Assembly: GCA_964558015.1 (NCBI GenBank)
Contig: CAZLCT010000003.1
Coordinates: 1 to 55,850, forward strand
Source: an uncultured bacterium
GTDB taxonomy: Bacteria; Omnitrophota; Omnitrophia; JAHJGZ01
Length of the DNA: 55,850 nt
Reading direction: 5' to 3'
Below are positions 1-9,440 of the stretch, in pieces (within the stretch, counting starts at the first letter, position 1; each line of letters starts with the position of its first letter). The notes beneath the pieces were generated by a model. That model ran no database searches, was not told where the DNA came from, and was given only the letters and a program-made list of their open reading frames with translations. A program made the translations under genes and the position numbers.

Positions 1-169
1 ATACCTCAAAAAACAGTATTATTCTAACTCCTGCTCAATCGGCTAAATAATTACAGAACATTTGCTCCTTTTTAATTAATAGGGGATAAGGCATGTTAAT
101 AACTTGTTGATAAATTAGATATGAAATACTATTTAATGGAAAGAATAAGCATATTTTTTGAAATTTATG

Positions 170-198
170 TTGACAACATATTCAGTTTAAGGTAAATT
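170..198 (+). promoter_or_regulatory. candidate sigma70-type promoter TTGACA-17nt-TAAATT upstream of the first TPR/coiled-coil gene
   Basis: TTGACA at 170-175, a 17-nt spacer, TAAATT at 193-198. It lies about 105 nt upstream of ATG 303 in an AT-rich intergenic region. Confidence 0.4.
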
Positions 199-202
199 AT
201 GT

Positions 203-230
203 TTTACAAATTGTAAATTACAATATGTAA
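203..230. promoter_or_regulatory. two adjacent TTACAA/TTGTAA palindromes (possible operator) just downstream of the candidate -10
   Basis: tttacaa-a-ttgtaaa (203-217, 7-1-7 palindrome), then ttaca-ata-tgtaa (218-230), plus a further gttacaa at 231-237. Confidence 0.25.
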
Positions 231-302
231 GTTACAAAATATAAATTATATCTTTGAATATTTCGTTCTCTTTATTTAGATGCATAATTTAGCTATTTTT
301 AT

Positions 303-3182
303 ATGAAAAACCTACCACTTAAAGTTTTAGTACTATATGCAGTAATTATTATTTTTGTGTTGTATTTTTCACCTTCCTTTTTATATTCCCAAGGCATGGA
401 TTTTTATGAACAAGATGGTTTTTCAACACACGATAAAACAAAACTTGCTAATTTTTATTGGCAGTTGAGCCAGGAACTTTTTAAGCAGAAACAATTTGAT
501 GAAGCTATTTTTCAAGTCCAAAGAGTTTATGAATTTAGCCCTAATGACGATAGGGTGGCATCTTTTATTGAAAGTGTAAAATCGGCAAGAGATAGCAATA
601 AATCTTCAAAACAGAGGATGTATAGAGCATTCATCGATAGAGAACAAGAAGATTATACAGGAGGGAGTGTTGATACGTACCTTCCTATGCCTGCAGAAGT
701 AAGCCCTGCTTATGGACCACAAATAAGACTTCCCCAGCACGTCGAGAAATCTATAGAAAAAATGATTAAAAGAGCCCGCGTTAGTTATCAGAATAAAAAC
801 TATAATGATGCACTATATTATTTAAATGAAGTCCTTGTTATGGATTCATCAAACAGGGAGGCATTGAATTTAAAGAATAGAATTGTTAAAGAGAAAAGCT
901 TTGTAAGAACAAAAGAACTGCCTTCGGCTCCCAAGAGGCCCGATGAGAGAGTGGCACAGGCTATGGTAAATGCTCAAAAGGAATATAAAAGGCGGAATTA
1001 TGATGCAGCCTTATTTTATCTTAATGCCGTACTTATTTGGCACCCTCAAAATGAAGAGGCATTATCATTGAAAAATATTATTTTAAATGAAAGACGATCT
1101 AAATATGAAAGTGTATATGAGCGTGAGCGTAAACAAAAAGCAGAGGCATTTAGAGATAGAGAGGAAACAGGAGATATATCACCCCCTCAAGAGAGTATGG
1201 CTGATATTAAGGAATATGAGCGAATGCGACTAAAAATACAAGAAGAAAGATATAAAGAAGAGGAAAAAAGAAATAGATTAGCTGAAGCAAGAATCCGTGA
1301 GGATGTCCGTAGGCGTATTGAATTACAGGAGAAAGAAGACCTGGAGTTATTAATTCAAGAAGTTGAAGAGAGTAAATTTTATGAAAAGTTTCAAAGCTAT
1401 GAAGAAGAAAAAGAACAGAAAAAAAGAATGCAGAAAAGACAAATTCATTCTTTCCTCCTGCGAGCTGAAGGCTTAATGGAGATGGGAAAGTATGAAGAAG
1501 CCGCTGTTTATTTAAATAATGTTTTTATGGTTGAGCCTTATAATGAACGTGCTCAAAAGATGCGCGTAAAGCTTGAGCAGGAATTGGTTGATAAAAAAAT
1601 ACGTGAAAGAAGAGAGTACGATAAACTTTTTGAGGAAGAGAAAAAAGAATATAAGAAAATCCGTGAAAATGTACGTAAAGAAAAGATCCGAACATTATTA
1701 AATGAAGCAGATCGTTTATATGATGAGGATGATTTGCTAACAGCACGGCAGGAATACCAAAAGGTGATTATTGTTGATCCATCAAACAGACATGCGAAAA
1801 GGTTTTTAAAGAAGATAGATAAAAAACTTCTTACATTGCAAGAGGAGATGCGTGCACAGGAAGAATTGCGAGAGGAGAGAAGAGCACAAGCCATGGAAGA
1901 ATCATTTCAAGAGGCGGCACGAGCTCTTGAGATAGAATTAATAAAAGAAAAGAAAGAGGACCTCAGTATTCAGGAGCGTATAAGAGTATTTTTAGCACAA
2001 GCTGATCATAAGGCAGAAATCGAACATGATTATGATGGCGCTTTAGTTGACCTTAACAGAGCATATGCAATTGATCCTGGTAATAAGAAAGTAATGGATA
2101 AAATTAAAAAGGTGAGGGCACTTAAGGCAAGAAGAATAGATCATCCAGAGAAAGAAATCCATGAAATTCTTACGAGAGAGTCAGATAAATCAGAAAAGTC
2201 TATTTCTATCGCTGTAGATAGAGAAGAAGAGAAAAAAGCAAAAGAACAGAAATGGGAAGAATTAAAGCGTGGTAAACAAATATTAGGAGCTGCAGCTCGT
2301 CGAAGCTATCAGGGTAAAGTCGAAGAATATGTCAGCAATGCCCAGAGGTATTTAGAGCAGAAGCAATTTGATAAAGCTCGGTCGGAGGTTGAGCGCATTT
2401 TCTTGTTTGATAAGAATAATCCAACCGCAAAAGATTTGCTCGCCAGAATAACAGAATATGAAATTTCGTATGAAAAAAAGATGGAAGAAAAATCCCTAGA
2501 TCAAGAATTTGAAACAGGATTGGAACTGGAGAAGCTAAAGGTTGAGATGCAGAGGAGAGCTGAGGGTAAGGTCATACGCGAACCACAGGAAGCTAAAATA
2601 GAAGATAAAAAGATTCAGGAAAAAACAATAAAGAAATTAATCAAAGAAGGAAAGTCACTTTACAAAAAGGAAAGATATTATGAGGCCTTAAATAAGTTTG
2701 AGGCAATTTTTGCAATTGATGCTCAGAATGAAGAAGCTTCTCGTTATGTTGATAAAATCAAGGAAACTATGCTTAAAGAACGCGAAGAAGAAAGAAAGAG
2801 GATTAGAGAAAAACAGCGGGAAGAAATAAATGAAAAACTAAACGAATATAGTAGTCAAATACAATCTTTACATAAACAGGGTCGCTATACTGAAGCTGCG
2901 ATTCTAATTGAAAAGGGTTTGCTTTTAGATCCAACGAGTAAGTATCTCAAAGAACTTAAAAAGCTTAATCAAAGAGGTTCGGATGAGAAGATGCGACTTA
3001 ATTTATCCGATGAAGAAAAGGTTAAAGATTTAATCAATATTGCAATAAAAGAATTTATACAGGGTAATTATCTTGAATCAAGAAAGTATTTTGAGAAGGT
3101 TTTAGAAATTAGTCCTGATGATGAAAAGGCAAAAAATTCAATCGCTAAGATTGATAAAAAAGTTAAAGAGTTAGGTTTGTAA
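303..3182 (+). CDS. secreted or membrane-anchored coiled-coil / TPR-like repeat protein (959 aa), function unknown
   Basis: Hydrophobic N-terminus (LKVLVLYAVIIIFVLYFSPSFLYS). Ten copies of a module of the type Y/F-x-x-A-x-x-x-L-N-x-V-x-x-x-D-P-x-N-x-x-A (e.g. YNDALYYLNEVLVMDSSNREALNLKNRI, YDAALFYLNAVLIWHPQNEEALSLKNII), separated by long E/K/R-rich stretches. Confidence 0.85.
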   Translation: MKNLPLKVLVLYAVIIIFVLYFSPSFLYSQGMDFYEQDGFSTHDKTKLANFYWQLSQELFKQKQFDEAIFQVQRVYEFSPNDDRVASFIESVKSARDSNKSSKQRMYRAFIDREQEDYTGGSVDTYLPMPAEVSPAYGPQIRLPQHVEKSIEKMIKRARVSYQNKNYNDALYYLNEVLVMDSSNREALNLKNRIVKEKSFVRTKELPSAPKRPDERVAQAMVNAQKEYKRRNYDAALFYLNAVLIWHPQNEEALSLKNIILNERRSKYESVYERERKQKAEAFRDREETGDISPPQESMADIKEYERMRLKIQEERYKEEEKRNRLAEARIREDVRRRIELQEKEDLELLIQEVEESKFYEKFQSYEEEKEQKKRMQKRQIHSFLLRAEGLMEMGKYEEAAVYLNNVFMVEPYNERAQKMRVKLEQELVDKKIRERREYDKLFEEEKKEYKKIRENVRKEKIRTLLNEADRLYDEDDLLTARQEYQKVIIVDPSNRHAKRFLKKIDKKLLTLQEEMRAQEELREERRAQAMEESFQEAARALEIELIKEKKEDLSIQERIRVFLAQADHKAEIEHDYDGALVDLNRAYAIDPGNKKVMDKIKKVRALKARRIDHPEKEIHEILTRESDKSEKSISIAVDREEEKKAKEQKWEELKRGKQILGAAARRSYQGKVEEYVSNAQRYLEQKQFDKARSEVERIFLFDKNNPTAKDLLARITEYEISYEKKMEEKSLDQEFETGLELEKLKVEMQRRAEGKVIREPQEAKIEDKKIQEKTIKKLIKEGKSLYKKERYYEALNKFEAIFAIDAQNEEASRYVDKIKETMLKEREEERKRIREKQREEINEKLNEYSSQIQSLHKQGRYTEAAILIEKGLLLDPTSKYLKELKKLNQRGSDEKMRLNLSDEEKVKDLINIAIKEFIQGNYLESRKYFEKVLEISPDDEKAKNSIAKIDKKVKELGL

Positions 3183-3207
3183 AAATAAAATAAGGAGTAT
3201 TAGTAAT

Positions 3208-5853
3208 ATGTGTAATATTACTTTAAAAGCAAAAGTAAAGGAGTATGTTAAAAAACAGTCAGTTTGTTTTTCCCTTATGGTTATAGCCATCAATCCGGTT
3301 TCTGAAGGGCATGAAGATGGTGGGAGACAACAATCGTTACCTCAAGCCACTGCTGTTTATGAACAAAACCAGCGGGTTGATAAAGAAAGAATTTCTTCGT
3401 CCGGTCATAATGATATTATTGACCAGAAAATTTTAGATTATTACAAACTTGGAAAGCTTTATTTATTACAAGGACAAATGGGGAATTCCTATAATGCATT
3501 TTTGATGGGTGAAAATTTAGAAGATATGGGAGCACTAAGTCATGGTAATTTATTAGGCACTCAGGGTGCTATGATTGCATCTAGTTTGCCTCAGCAAGGG
3601 AGTTCTATAGGAGACGATTCTTTGAGTGATTATTTAAAGAATTTGGTTTCTTTGTATTTAAAGCGGGTTGAAATTTTATCAAAGAATCCCATTTATTTAG
3701 ACGAGGCACGCAGAGAAATTGAGAAAATATTTATTATTGATCCTCAGAATAAAAGAGCTAAAGAATTGGCAGATGAAATTAAAGATAAACAGAAATCACT
3801 TCAAGCCCCTTCAGAACTTAAGCCACTCGAGAAAGAAGTTAAAAAGAATGTGCCATTGCCAGAAATTATTCTACCGAAAGAAAAGCTAGATTCTCCTTTT
3901 ATTGACGAAAAAGAGAGGGCATTAGCTACCGCGGAAGAGAAAATGAAAACTTCGATATTACAAAGATCTGATATGAATAAAATGGAATCAGCCCTCATGA
4001 AGCATTATGATTCGGGGAAAATAAATTTAAAGAATAAAGATTATTTTAATGCTATTAAGGAATTTAAAATGGTCTTAGCAATTGATCCTGAGCATCTTTA
4101 TTCAAATTATGCACGTAAATTTATTGCAGCAGCAAAGAAGAAAATTCAGGAAAGAGAAGAGCATGACCTTAAATTAGTACAGCAGGAGAAAATTGTTAAA
4201 AAAGAATCGCAAGGAGAGGATTTTATTTCGAAGACGCCTTTTGATGAGGCAGTAGATACCCCTCAGGCTACATTAATAAAATCGACTCAAAATATTTCTT
4301 CCATTGATCATTTAAAGATTAAGAGAGAAGAAATATTACGTGCGCAATTTAAAAATGTTTTAACATCGGTTAGAAAATTTATACATGAGGGACGTTATTT
4401 GGCTGCGCTAGAAAATTTAGATGCCCTATTATCTATTGACCCAATAAATAAAGAAGCTCAGATACTTAAATTGCGTGCACAACAACTCCTAGCAGATAAA
4501 AGACAAAGAGAACGGGAAGAGATAGTCAGTGACATAATCAGAACTAAAGATGAAGAAGAAGCAAAGGATTCATATTTTTTAAAACAAAAACGGAAACAAG
4601 AGGTCCGTAAAGAAGTAAAAGAAAAATATAAAATGGCACAGGAGAATATTAAAGCTCTTTTAATGATTGACCCGTCAAATCAAGAAGCGCGTAATCTTGA
4701 GCTTCAGCTTAAAGATGTATTGTCTGAAAAGAAAGAGAAAGAAAGAATTGAAAGCAATATTCTTCGTATTAAAGCTGAGGAAGAATGGCGTAAAAAATAT
4801 TTTGCAAGACAAAGAAAACGTCTAGAAGCGAGAAGAAATATAGAAAAAAAATATAAAGAATGGGAAGATATTAACCAGAAGACCATGAAACGTGAGGTGC
4901 AGAATAAAATAGAAGCCAAACTAAATGATGCACGCTATTGGCTTTCAGTTAATGATTATTTTAAGACAAATAAGGAACTTGAAACTTTATCAATTATTAG
5001 CCCTGTTAACAAAGAGGCGGATAAAATAAAGCAGGATTTACAGAATAATATCAGACAATTGGCATCATTGCTTGAAGATAATAAAAAGGAAAAGATTAAT
5101 AATATTAATATGAGAAAAAGCACCGTAAAGAAAAGAGAAAAAAAATTCATGCCGACACATGGTAGTCAAATAAATGAAGGCAAAAGAAATAAAAAAGATG
5201 TCAAGACAGTTAAAAAGGTTGATCCTCAAGGTGCGGAAGATAACGGAAAGACTGTTTTTAATAAAATAAGTAATTTTCGACCCGTTACTTTATTTGATCC
5301 GCAGATTTCTTCTTCTCAGGTTAAGACTCCTAATGTGAAAGAATCGCACGAAAGAGTTGTTAAAGCTAATGAGCAGAAGGAGGAAAATATAGAGATAACT
5401 AAGCCGGAAGTTATAAATCAATCTAACGATATAAAGGTAGAAGATAAAAATCGAGTAAAAAAAGAACTTCAAGCCAAACCTCTTATCCAAGAGGAACCTT
5501 CAGTGAAAAGAAGTGTCGTTAGAGTAAAAAAAGCTATTCAGGAAAAACAGCCTAAAACAGTGAACAAAATAGTACAAAAAGAAACTAACAATATAAATAA
5601 TAATCATGTAAAAAGAAATGAGAGTTATGATTTCGAATTAGAGAAAGAAATTTTAAGTCCTACCTCTAATGAAAAACAAAAATTAATGAAGTATTTAATA
5701 CGTGGTAAGCAGCATTTCAGGCAGGGGAATTATCCCTTAGCATTAGTTTCATTCAACAAGGTAAAAAGCTTGGATAAAGAGCAGTTGTTTTTAAGTGAGG
5801 TTGAAGAACTTATTAGTGCAACAAAAAGACGTTTAGATAGCACTCAAGGTTAA
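3208..5853 (+). CDS. paralogous coiled-coil / TPR-like repeat protein (881 aa), function unknown
   Basis: RBS taaggag upstream. At least six modules of the same type as in the preceding gene (LDEARREIEKIFIIDPQNKRAKEL, YLAALENLDALLSIDPINKEAQIL, ENIKALLMIDPSNQEARNL). E/K-rich linkers. Confidence 0.85.
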   Translation: MCNITLKAKVKEYVKKQSVCFSLMVIAINPVSEGHEDGGRQQSLPQATAVYEQNQRVDKERISSSGHNDIIDQKILDYYKLGKLYLLQGQMGNSYNAFLMGENLEDMGALSHGNLLGTQGAMIASSLPQQGSSIGDDSLSDYLKNLVSLYLKRVEILSKNPIYLDEARREIEKIFIIDPQNKRAKELADEIKDKQKSLQAPSELKPLEKEVKKNVPLPEIILPKEKLDSPFIDEKERALATAEEKMKTSILQRSDMNKMESALMKHYDSGKINLKNKDYFNAIKEFKMVLAIDPEHLYSNYARKFIAAAKKKIQEREEHDLKLVQQEKIVKKESQGEDFISKTPFDEAVDTPQATLIKSTQNISSIDHLKIKREEILRAQFKNVLTSVRKFIHEGRYLAALENLDALLSIDPINKEAQILKLRAQQLLADKRQREREEIVSDIIRTKDEEEAKDSYFLKQKRKQEVRKEVKEKYKMAQENIKALLMIDPSNQEARNLELQLKDVLSEKKEKERIESNILRIKAEEEWRKKYFARQRKRLEARRNIEKKYKEWEDINQKTMKREVQNKIEAKLNDARYWLSVNDYFKTNKELETLSIISPVNKEADKIKQDLQNNIRQLASLLEDNKKEKINNINMRKSTVKKREKKFMPTHGSQINEGKRNKKDVKTVKKVDPQGAEDNGKTVFNKISNFRPVTLFDPQISSSQVKTPNVKESHERVVKANEQKEENIEITKPEVINQSNDIKVEDKNRVKKELQAKPLIQEEPSVKRSVVRVKKAIQEKQPKTVNKIVQKETNNINNNHVKRNESYDFELEKEILSPTSNEKQKLMKYLIRGKQHFRQGNYPLALVSFNKVKSLDKEQLFLSEVEELISATKRRLDSTQG

Positions 5854-5945
5854 AATTTTTTTTTTAGGTGTAGTTATTTTAAAAAGAGGAAGTACTGTTT
5901 GCCTTAATGTAAATGATGATATGATTTTTAAAGTGGTTAGCCTAT

Positions 5946-6212
5946 ATGATTAAAAGAGAAAAGTTATATAAGATAGGTGAGGTTATGCACTATTCTGGTT
6001 TTTCTCGTCAAACATTGCATAATTATACCTTGGCTGGGTTGATAATTGAAGCCCGTCGAACTGAGTCTGGACATAGATTATACGATGAGTCTGTTTTTGA
6101 TAGATTGGAGAAAATTAGACGATTGCAGGAACAAAACTATACCTTAATGCAAATAAAGAAAATTTTGGAAAACGAAGAAAACCAAGCAGGTAGTCAAGAG
6201 AGCTCATTATGA
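5946..6212 (+). CDS. MerR-family HTH transcriptional regulator (88 aa)
   Basis: N-terminal MerR-type HTH pattern YKIGEVMHYSGFSRQTLHNYTLAGLI...GHRLYDESVFDRLEKIRRL. The stop overlaps the next start (ATGA, 6209-6212). Confidence 0.8.
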   Translation: MIKREKLYKIGEVMHYSGFSRQTLHNYTLAGLIIEARRTESGHRLYDESVFDRLEKIRRLQEQNYTLMQIKKILENEENQAGSQESSL

Positions 6213-8953
6213 ATTTAAAAAAAATGGCAGAATTTTTAGGGATATCTGACGAAGAGTTAGTCCTTAAAGCACAAGAGATGAATATTGATCTCTCTGCCAT
6301 TGGAGATGAATTGGATGAGGATTTAATTGATGAGCTAAAAAAACGCCTTAATTTATCTTCGGGTAGGAAAGAGGAAATTCATAAGCCTTCAGATAAGCCT
6401 TCTATAAAAAGTCAAAAAGAATCAACTCCTGAAAGTTCAGAACAAGCTGGGGATTTAGGAGAAGAAGAACTTACTTCAAGAGAGGTTTCTGATATTGCCT
6501 CAAAGGTAAGCAAAGAAGAGAAAAAAGGTCTTAAGGAAGTGGTAGAGCCGATTGTTAAAGATTCAGAAACTGAAGAGGAGGAAAAGGAAAAGACGCAAGA
6601 GGAAGAACCCCCTGAGGAAATCCAGCCTAAGAAAGGGCTACTTCAATCGGTTTTTGGTTTTTTCGAAGATTTCTTTTTTCCTATTTTCAAAACTCCTGTT
6701 CATAGAAATATACTTATAATTGGTGCTGTTTTTTCTGCTTTCATTGCTTTAATATTAGCATCTTTATTTCAGGTAAAAACTGCTAAAGAAGTTGAAATTG
6801 AAAAAAAACCGTTGGAAACCCAGATTAATATTCGGGGTGGATTTCGTGGGGAGAAAGATCTTTTTCAGCTTATTTGGGAAATGCATCATCAAGGTTATTA
6901 TTCTCTGGCATATGAATATGCACAGAGGTTCCTTGATGAATATCATGATAGTGATTTAATAGGAGATGTTTATTTTAAAATCGCTGATATTTTTTATTCT
7001 TGGGATAGAGGTTCAGATACACAGAGATATAAAGATGCTCGAGAGGCATATGAAAAAGCAATTCAGTTTTCACCTGATGATACCAAAGTACCATGGGCAA
7101 AATTGCAGATTGCAAATACATATTTTAAACTAAATGTATTTGACAGTGCAGCTCATTCATATAGAGATTTGATTGAACAATATCCTACTTACAAATTACT
7201 AGATATTGCGCAAAGCCGATTAGCATTATGCTATTTAAAATTACATCAATATGATCGTGCCAGATTGGAGTATAAAAAGTTAATTGAAGTGTTTCCAAAT
7301 AGTTCTTTAAAAAGGAACGCATATTTTAAATTAGCAGAGATCCATTATCGTAAAAGAGAATTACGAGAAAGTATTCAAGCTTATAAAAATTATCTTGATT
7401 TATTTCCTGACTCCCCTAAGCAAATCGAAGTGTATTTTAGAATTGCGAAATTATATAAATATCTTAAAGAGTATGATCGTGCGATTGAATATTTCAAAAA
7501 AAGTATAGGTAAGTATCCTAATGATACTTACAATGAAATGTCTTTATACCAGATTGGCGAATGTTACTTATTAATAAAGCAATATGAAAAAGCTCGTGAA
7601 AATTATAAAAAGTTGATTGAAACATATCCTAAGAGTGATCTAACTCAAATTGCTTATCATAGGCTTGGTGATACATATTTAAAAGAAGGGAATGATGATG
7701 AAGCAATTACATTATATGAACAAGCATTAAGCAGTTTTCCTAATATTACCGCTTCCCGCCTTTCGGAAATAAAACTTGCGGAACTTTATTTTCGCAAAGG
7801 TAATTACGAAAAGGCTATATCAATTTTTTCTGATATTTTGGTAAATGATCCGAATTATTTTGCAAATGATAGAATTGTTTTGAGGATTGCACAGATACAT
7901 TATAAAAAAGGAAATTATCTAGAATCAGCTGATTGGTATCTTCGCTTAATTAAGGAGTTCCCGGCTAGCCCACTCGTTAAAAAGGCATATTTTAGTAAGG
8001 CTAAAGCTGAGGTTGCAAGTAAGTTTCATGAGCGGGCAATTGAGAGCTATATAGAATTTATTCAAAAATTTCCTGACCATCAAAGAGTAGATCTGGTTAT
8101 GTATTTAATTGGTGATATGTATGCTAAACTCGGTAAATATATGGATGCAATAAGCTATTGGGAAGATCTTCGATCTAAGTTTCCTTTAAGTGATTACCGC
8201 TATATGGCACTTCAAAAAATAGGAGAAGCATATAAAGAAATGTCACAATCTGATGAATATATAGATATATTGCAGAAAGATTATCAGGTAAAGGGGAGTC
8301 CGGAAGAAATAAAAAATAGCTTAGAATTGAAATGTAAAGAAACTTTTATGCAAATTCTTGATAACAAGGCATTGGAAAGAACTGAAGAATATTTTAATAC
8401 AGGAAAAGAGTTAGCATATTTTTATTACGAAAAGAATGAACTTGACAGCGCGGTTGAAGTTATACATAAGCTTTTAGGAATGTATACGGGACATCCTGAT
8501 TTGTATTTGCTGCTGCAGTTAAAGGCAAAAATTTATTATGATTTGAATTTGACTGATGAAACTATTTCAGCATATGAAGATTTGATTTCTTTATTGACGT
8601 ATAGGTTGTCACAAGGTGAAGAAAAGAAAAAAGAAGTATATTTAATGATGATCGCGGATTCATATTTTTCACTAGGAGATCTTTTTTATAGCCAGGATAA
8701 AATTTCAGAAAGTTTATATCTTTATCTGGAGGGATTAAAGAAATTACCTGAGAATAAAGTGAGTGGTTGGCCTCTTTATCAAATAGCAAATTGTTATAGT
8801 AACCTAGGTAATTATAATAAAGCAAATTATTATTATGAAAAACTTAAGAAAGAGTTTCCTGATAATTTTTGGACTGAATATGTAGGCTGGAATCAGGAAC
8901 GTATAAAGTGGAAAGATAGCATTAAAAAGAGAGGTGTGGAGTCAGGATTATGA
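6209..8953 (+). CDS. single-pass membrane TPR protein (914 aa) with a cytoplasmic IF2_N-like N-terminal segment and acidic linker
   Basis: N-terminus MAEFLGISDEELVLKAQEMNIDLS resembles the IF-2 N-terminal helical motif. An E-rich linker follows, then a TM segment NILIIGAVFSAFIALILASLF, then about 700 aa of YbgF/BamD-style TPR repeats (YFKLAEIHYRK..., YFRIAKLYKYLKEYDRAIEYFKK...). Confidence 0.85.
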   Translation: MNLKKMAEFLGISDEELVLKAQEMNIDLSAIGDELDEDLIDELKKRLNLSSGRKEEIHKPSDKPSIKSQKESTPESSEQAGDLGEEELTSREVSDIASKVSKEEKKGLKEVVEPIVKDSETEEEEKEKTQEEEPPEEIQPKKGLLQSVFGFFEDFFFPIFKTPVHRNILIIGAVFSAFIALILASLFQVKTAKEVEIEKKPLETQINIRGGFRGEKDLFQLIWEMHHQGYYSLAYEYAQRFLDEYHDSDLIGDVYFKIADIFYSWDRGSDTQRYKDAREAYEKAIQFSPDDTKVPWAKLQIANTYFKLNVFDSAAHSYRDLIEQYPTYKLLDIAQSRLALCYLKLHQYDRARLEYKKLIEVFPNSSLKRNAYFKLAEIHYRKRELRESIQAYKNYLDLFPDSPKQIEVYFRIAKLYKYLKEYDRAIEYFKKSIGKYPNDTYNEMSLYQIGECYLLIKQYEKARENYKKLIETYPKSDLTQIAYHRLGDTYLKEGNDDEAITLYEQALSSFPNITASRLSEIKLAELYFRKGNYEKAISIFSDILVNDPNYFANDRIVLRIAQIHYKKGNYLESADWYLRLIKEFPASPLVKKAYFSKAKAEVASKFHERAIESYIEFIQKFPDHQRVDLVMYLIGDMYAKLGKYMDAISYWEDLRSKFPLSDYRYMALQKIGEAYKEMSQSDEYIDILQKDYQVKGSPEEIKNSLELKCKETFMQILDNKALERTEEYFNTGKELAYFYYEKNELDSAVEVIHKLLGMYTGHPDLYLLLQLKAKIYYDLNLTDETISAYEDLISLLTYRLSQGEEKKKEVYLMMIADSYFSLGDLFYSQDKISESLYLYLEGLKKLPENKVSGWPLYQIANCYSNLGNYNKANYYYEKLKKEFPDNFWTEYVGWNQERIKWKDSIKKRGVESGL

Positions 8954-9426
8954 ATACCGCCCAATTAAATCAAACAGAGTGCAAATTGCAAGATTTCTAT
9001 GCTTTGTTGAAAAGAGAATATGAAACGTATATGAAAATATTTTACCTTTGCGAGGAAGATCGAAAGCTTATTGAATGCGGCGAAATACAACAGTTGCGTA
9101 AATCAATAGGTGAAAAACAGTCTTTATTAAATGAAATTTTGAATATTGAGAAGGAAATTTATGTTTTGAAAGAAGAGTGGAATAAGATTAAGGATGATTT
9201 GCCGGAATCTTCAAAAGGCGACATCGTCTTATTAATTAATAATTTTAAAGATCTCATGGAGAAGATCGTATCATCTCAGAAAGAGAATGAGAAGCTTTTA
9301 TCAGAACGTAATTCCCATCATATTAATGAATTAAGTACTATTAGAAGGGGTAAGAATCTAAGCAAGGCTTATTCTGTTTATGGTAATAGTATTCCCCATT
9401 CAAGATTTATGGATAAGAGCAAATAA
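8950..9426 (+). CDS. FlgN-like flagellar chaperone candidate (158 aa)
   Basis: 4-nt overlap with the upstream gene. All-helical, and its length and heptad pattern are FlgN-like (LQDFYALLKREYETYMKIFYLCEEDRKLIECGEIQQL...). Assigned by pattern only. Confidence 0.45.
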   Translation: MNTAQLNQTECKLQDFYALLKREYETYMKIFYLCEEDRKLIECGEIQQLRKSIGEKQSLLNEILNIEKEIYVLKEEWNKIKDDLPESSKGDIVLLINNFKDLMEKIVSSQKENEKLLSERNSHHINELSTIRRGKNLSKAYSVYGNSIPHSRFMDKSK

Positions 9427-9440
9427 GAAGGATAGTGGAT

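Noticed and set aside
5856-5865. T10 run just after the stop of the second coiled-coil/TPR gene, as a terminator
   Set aside because: No preceding GC-containing hairpin was found, so it cannot be called an intrinsic terminator.
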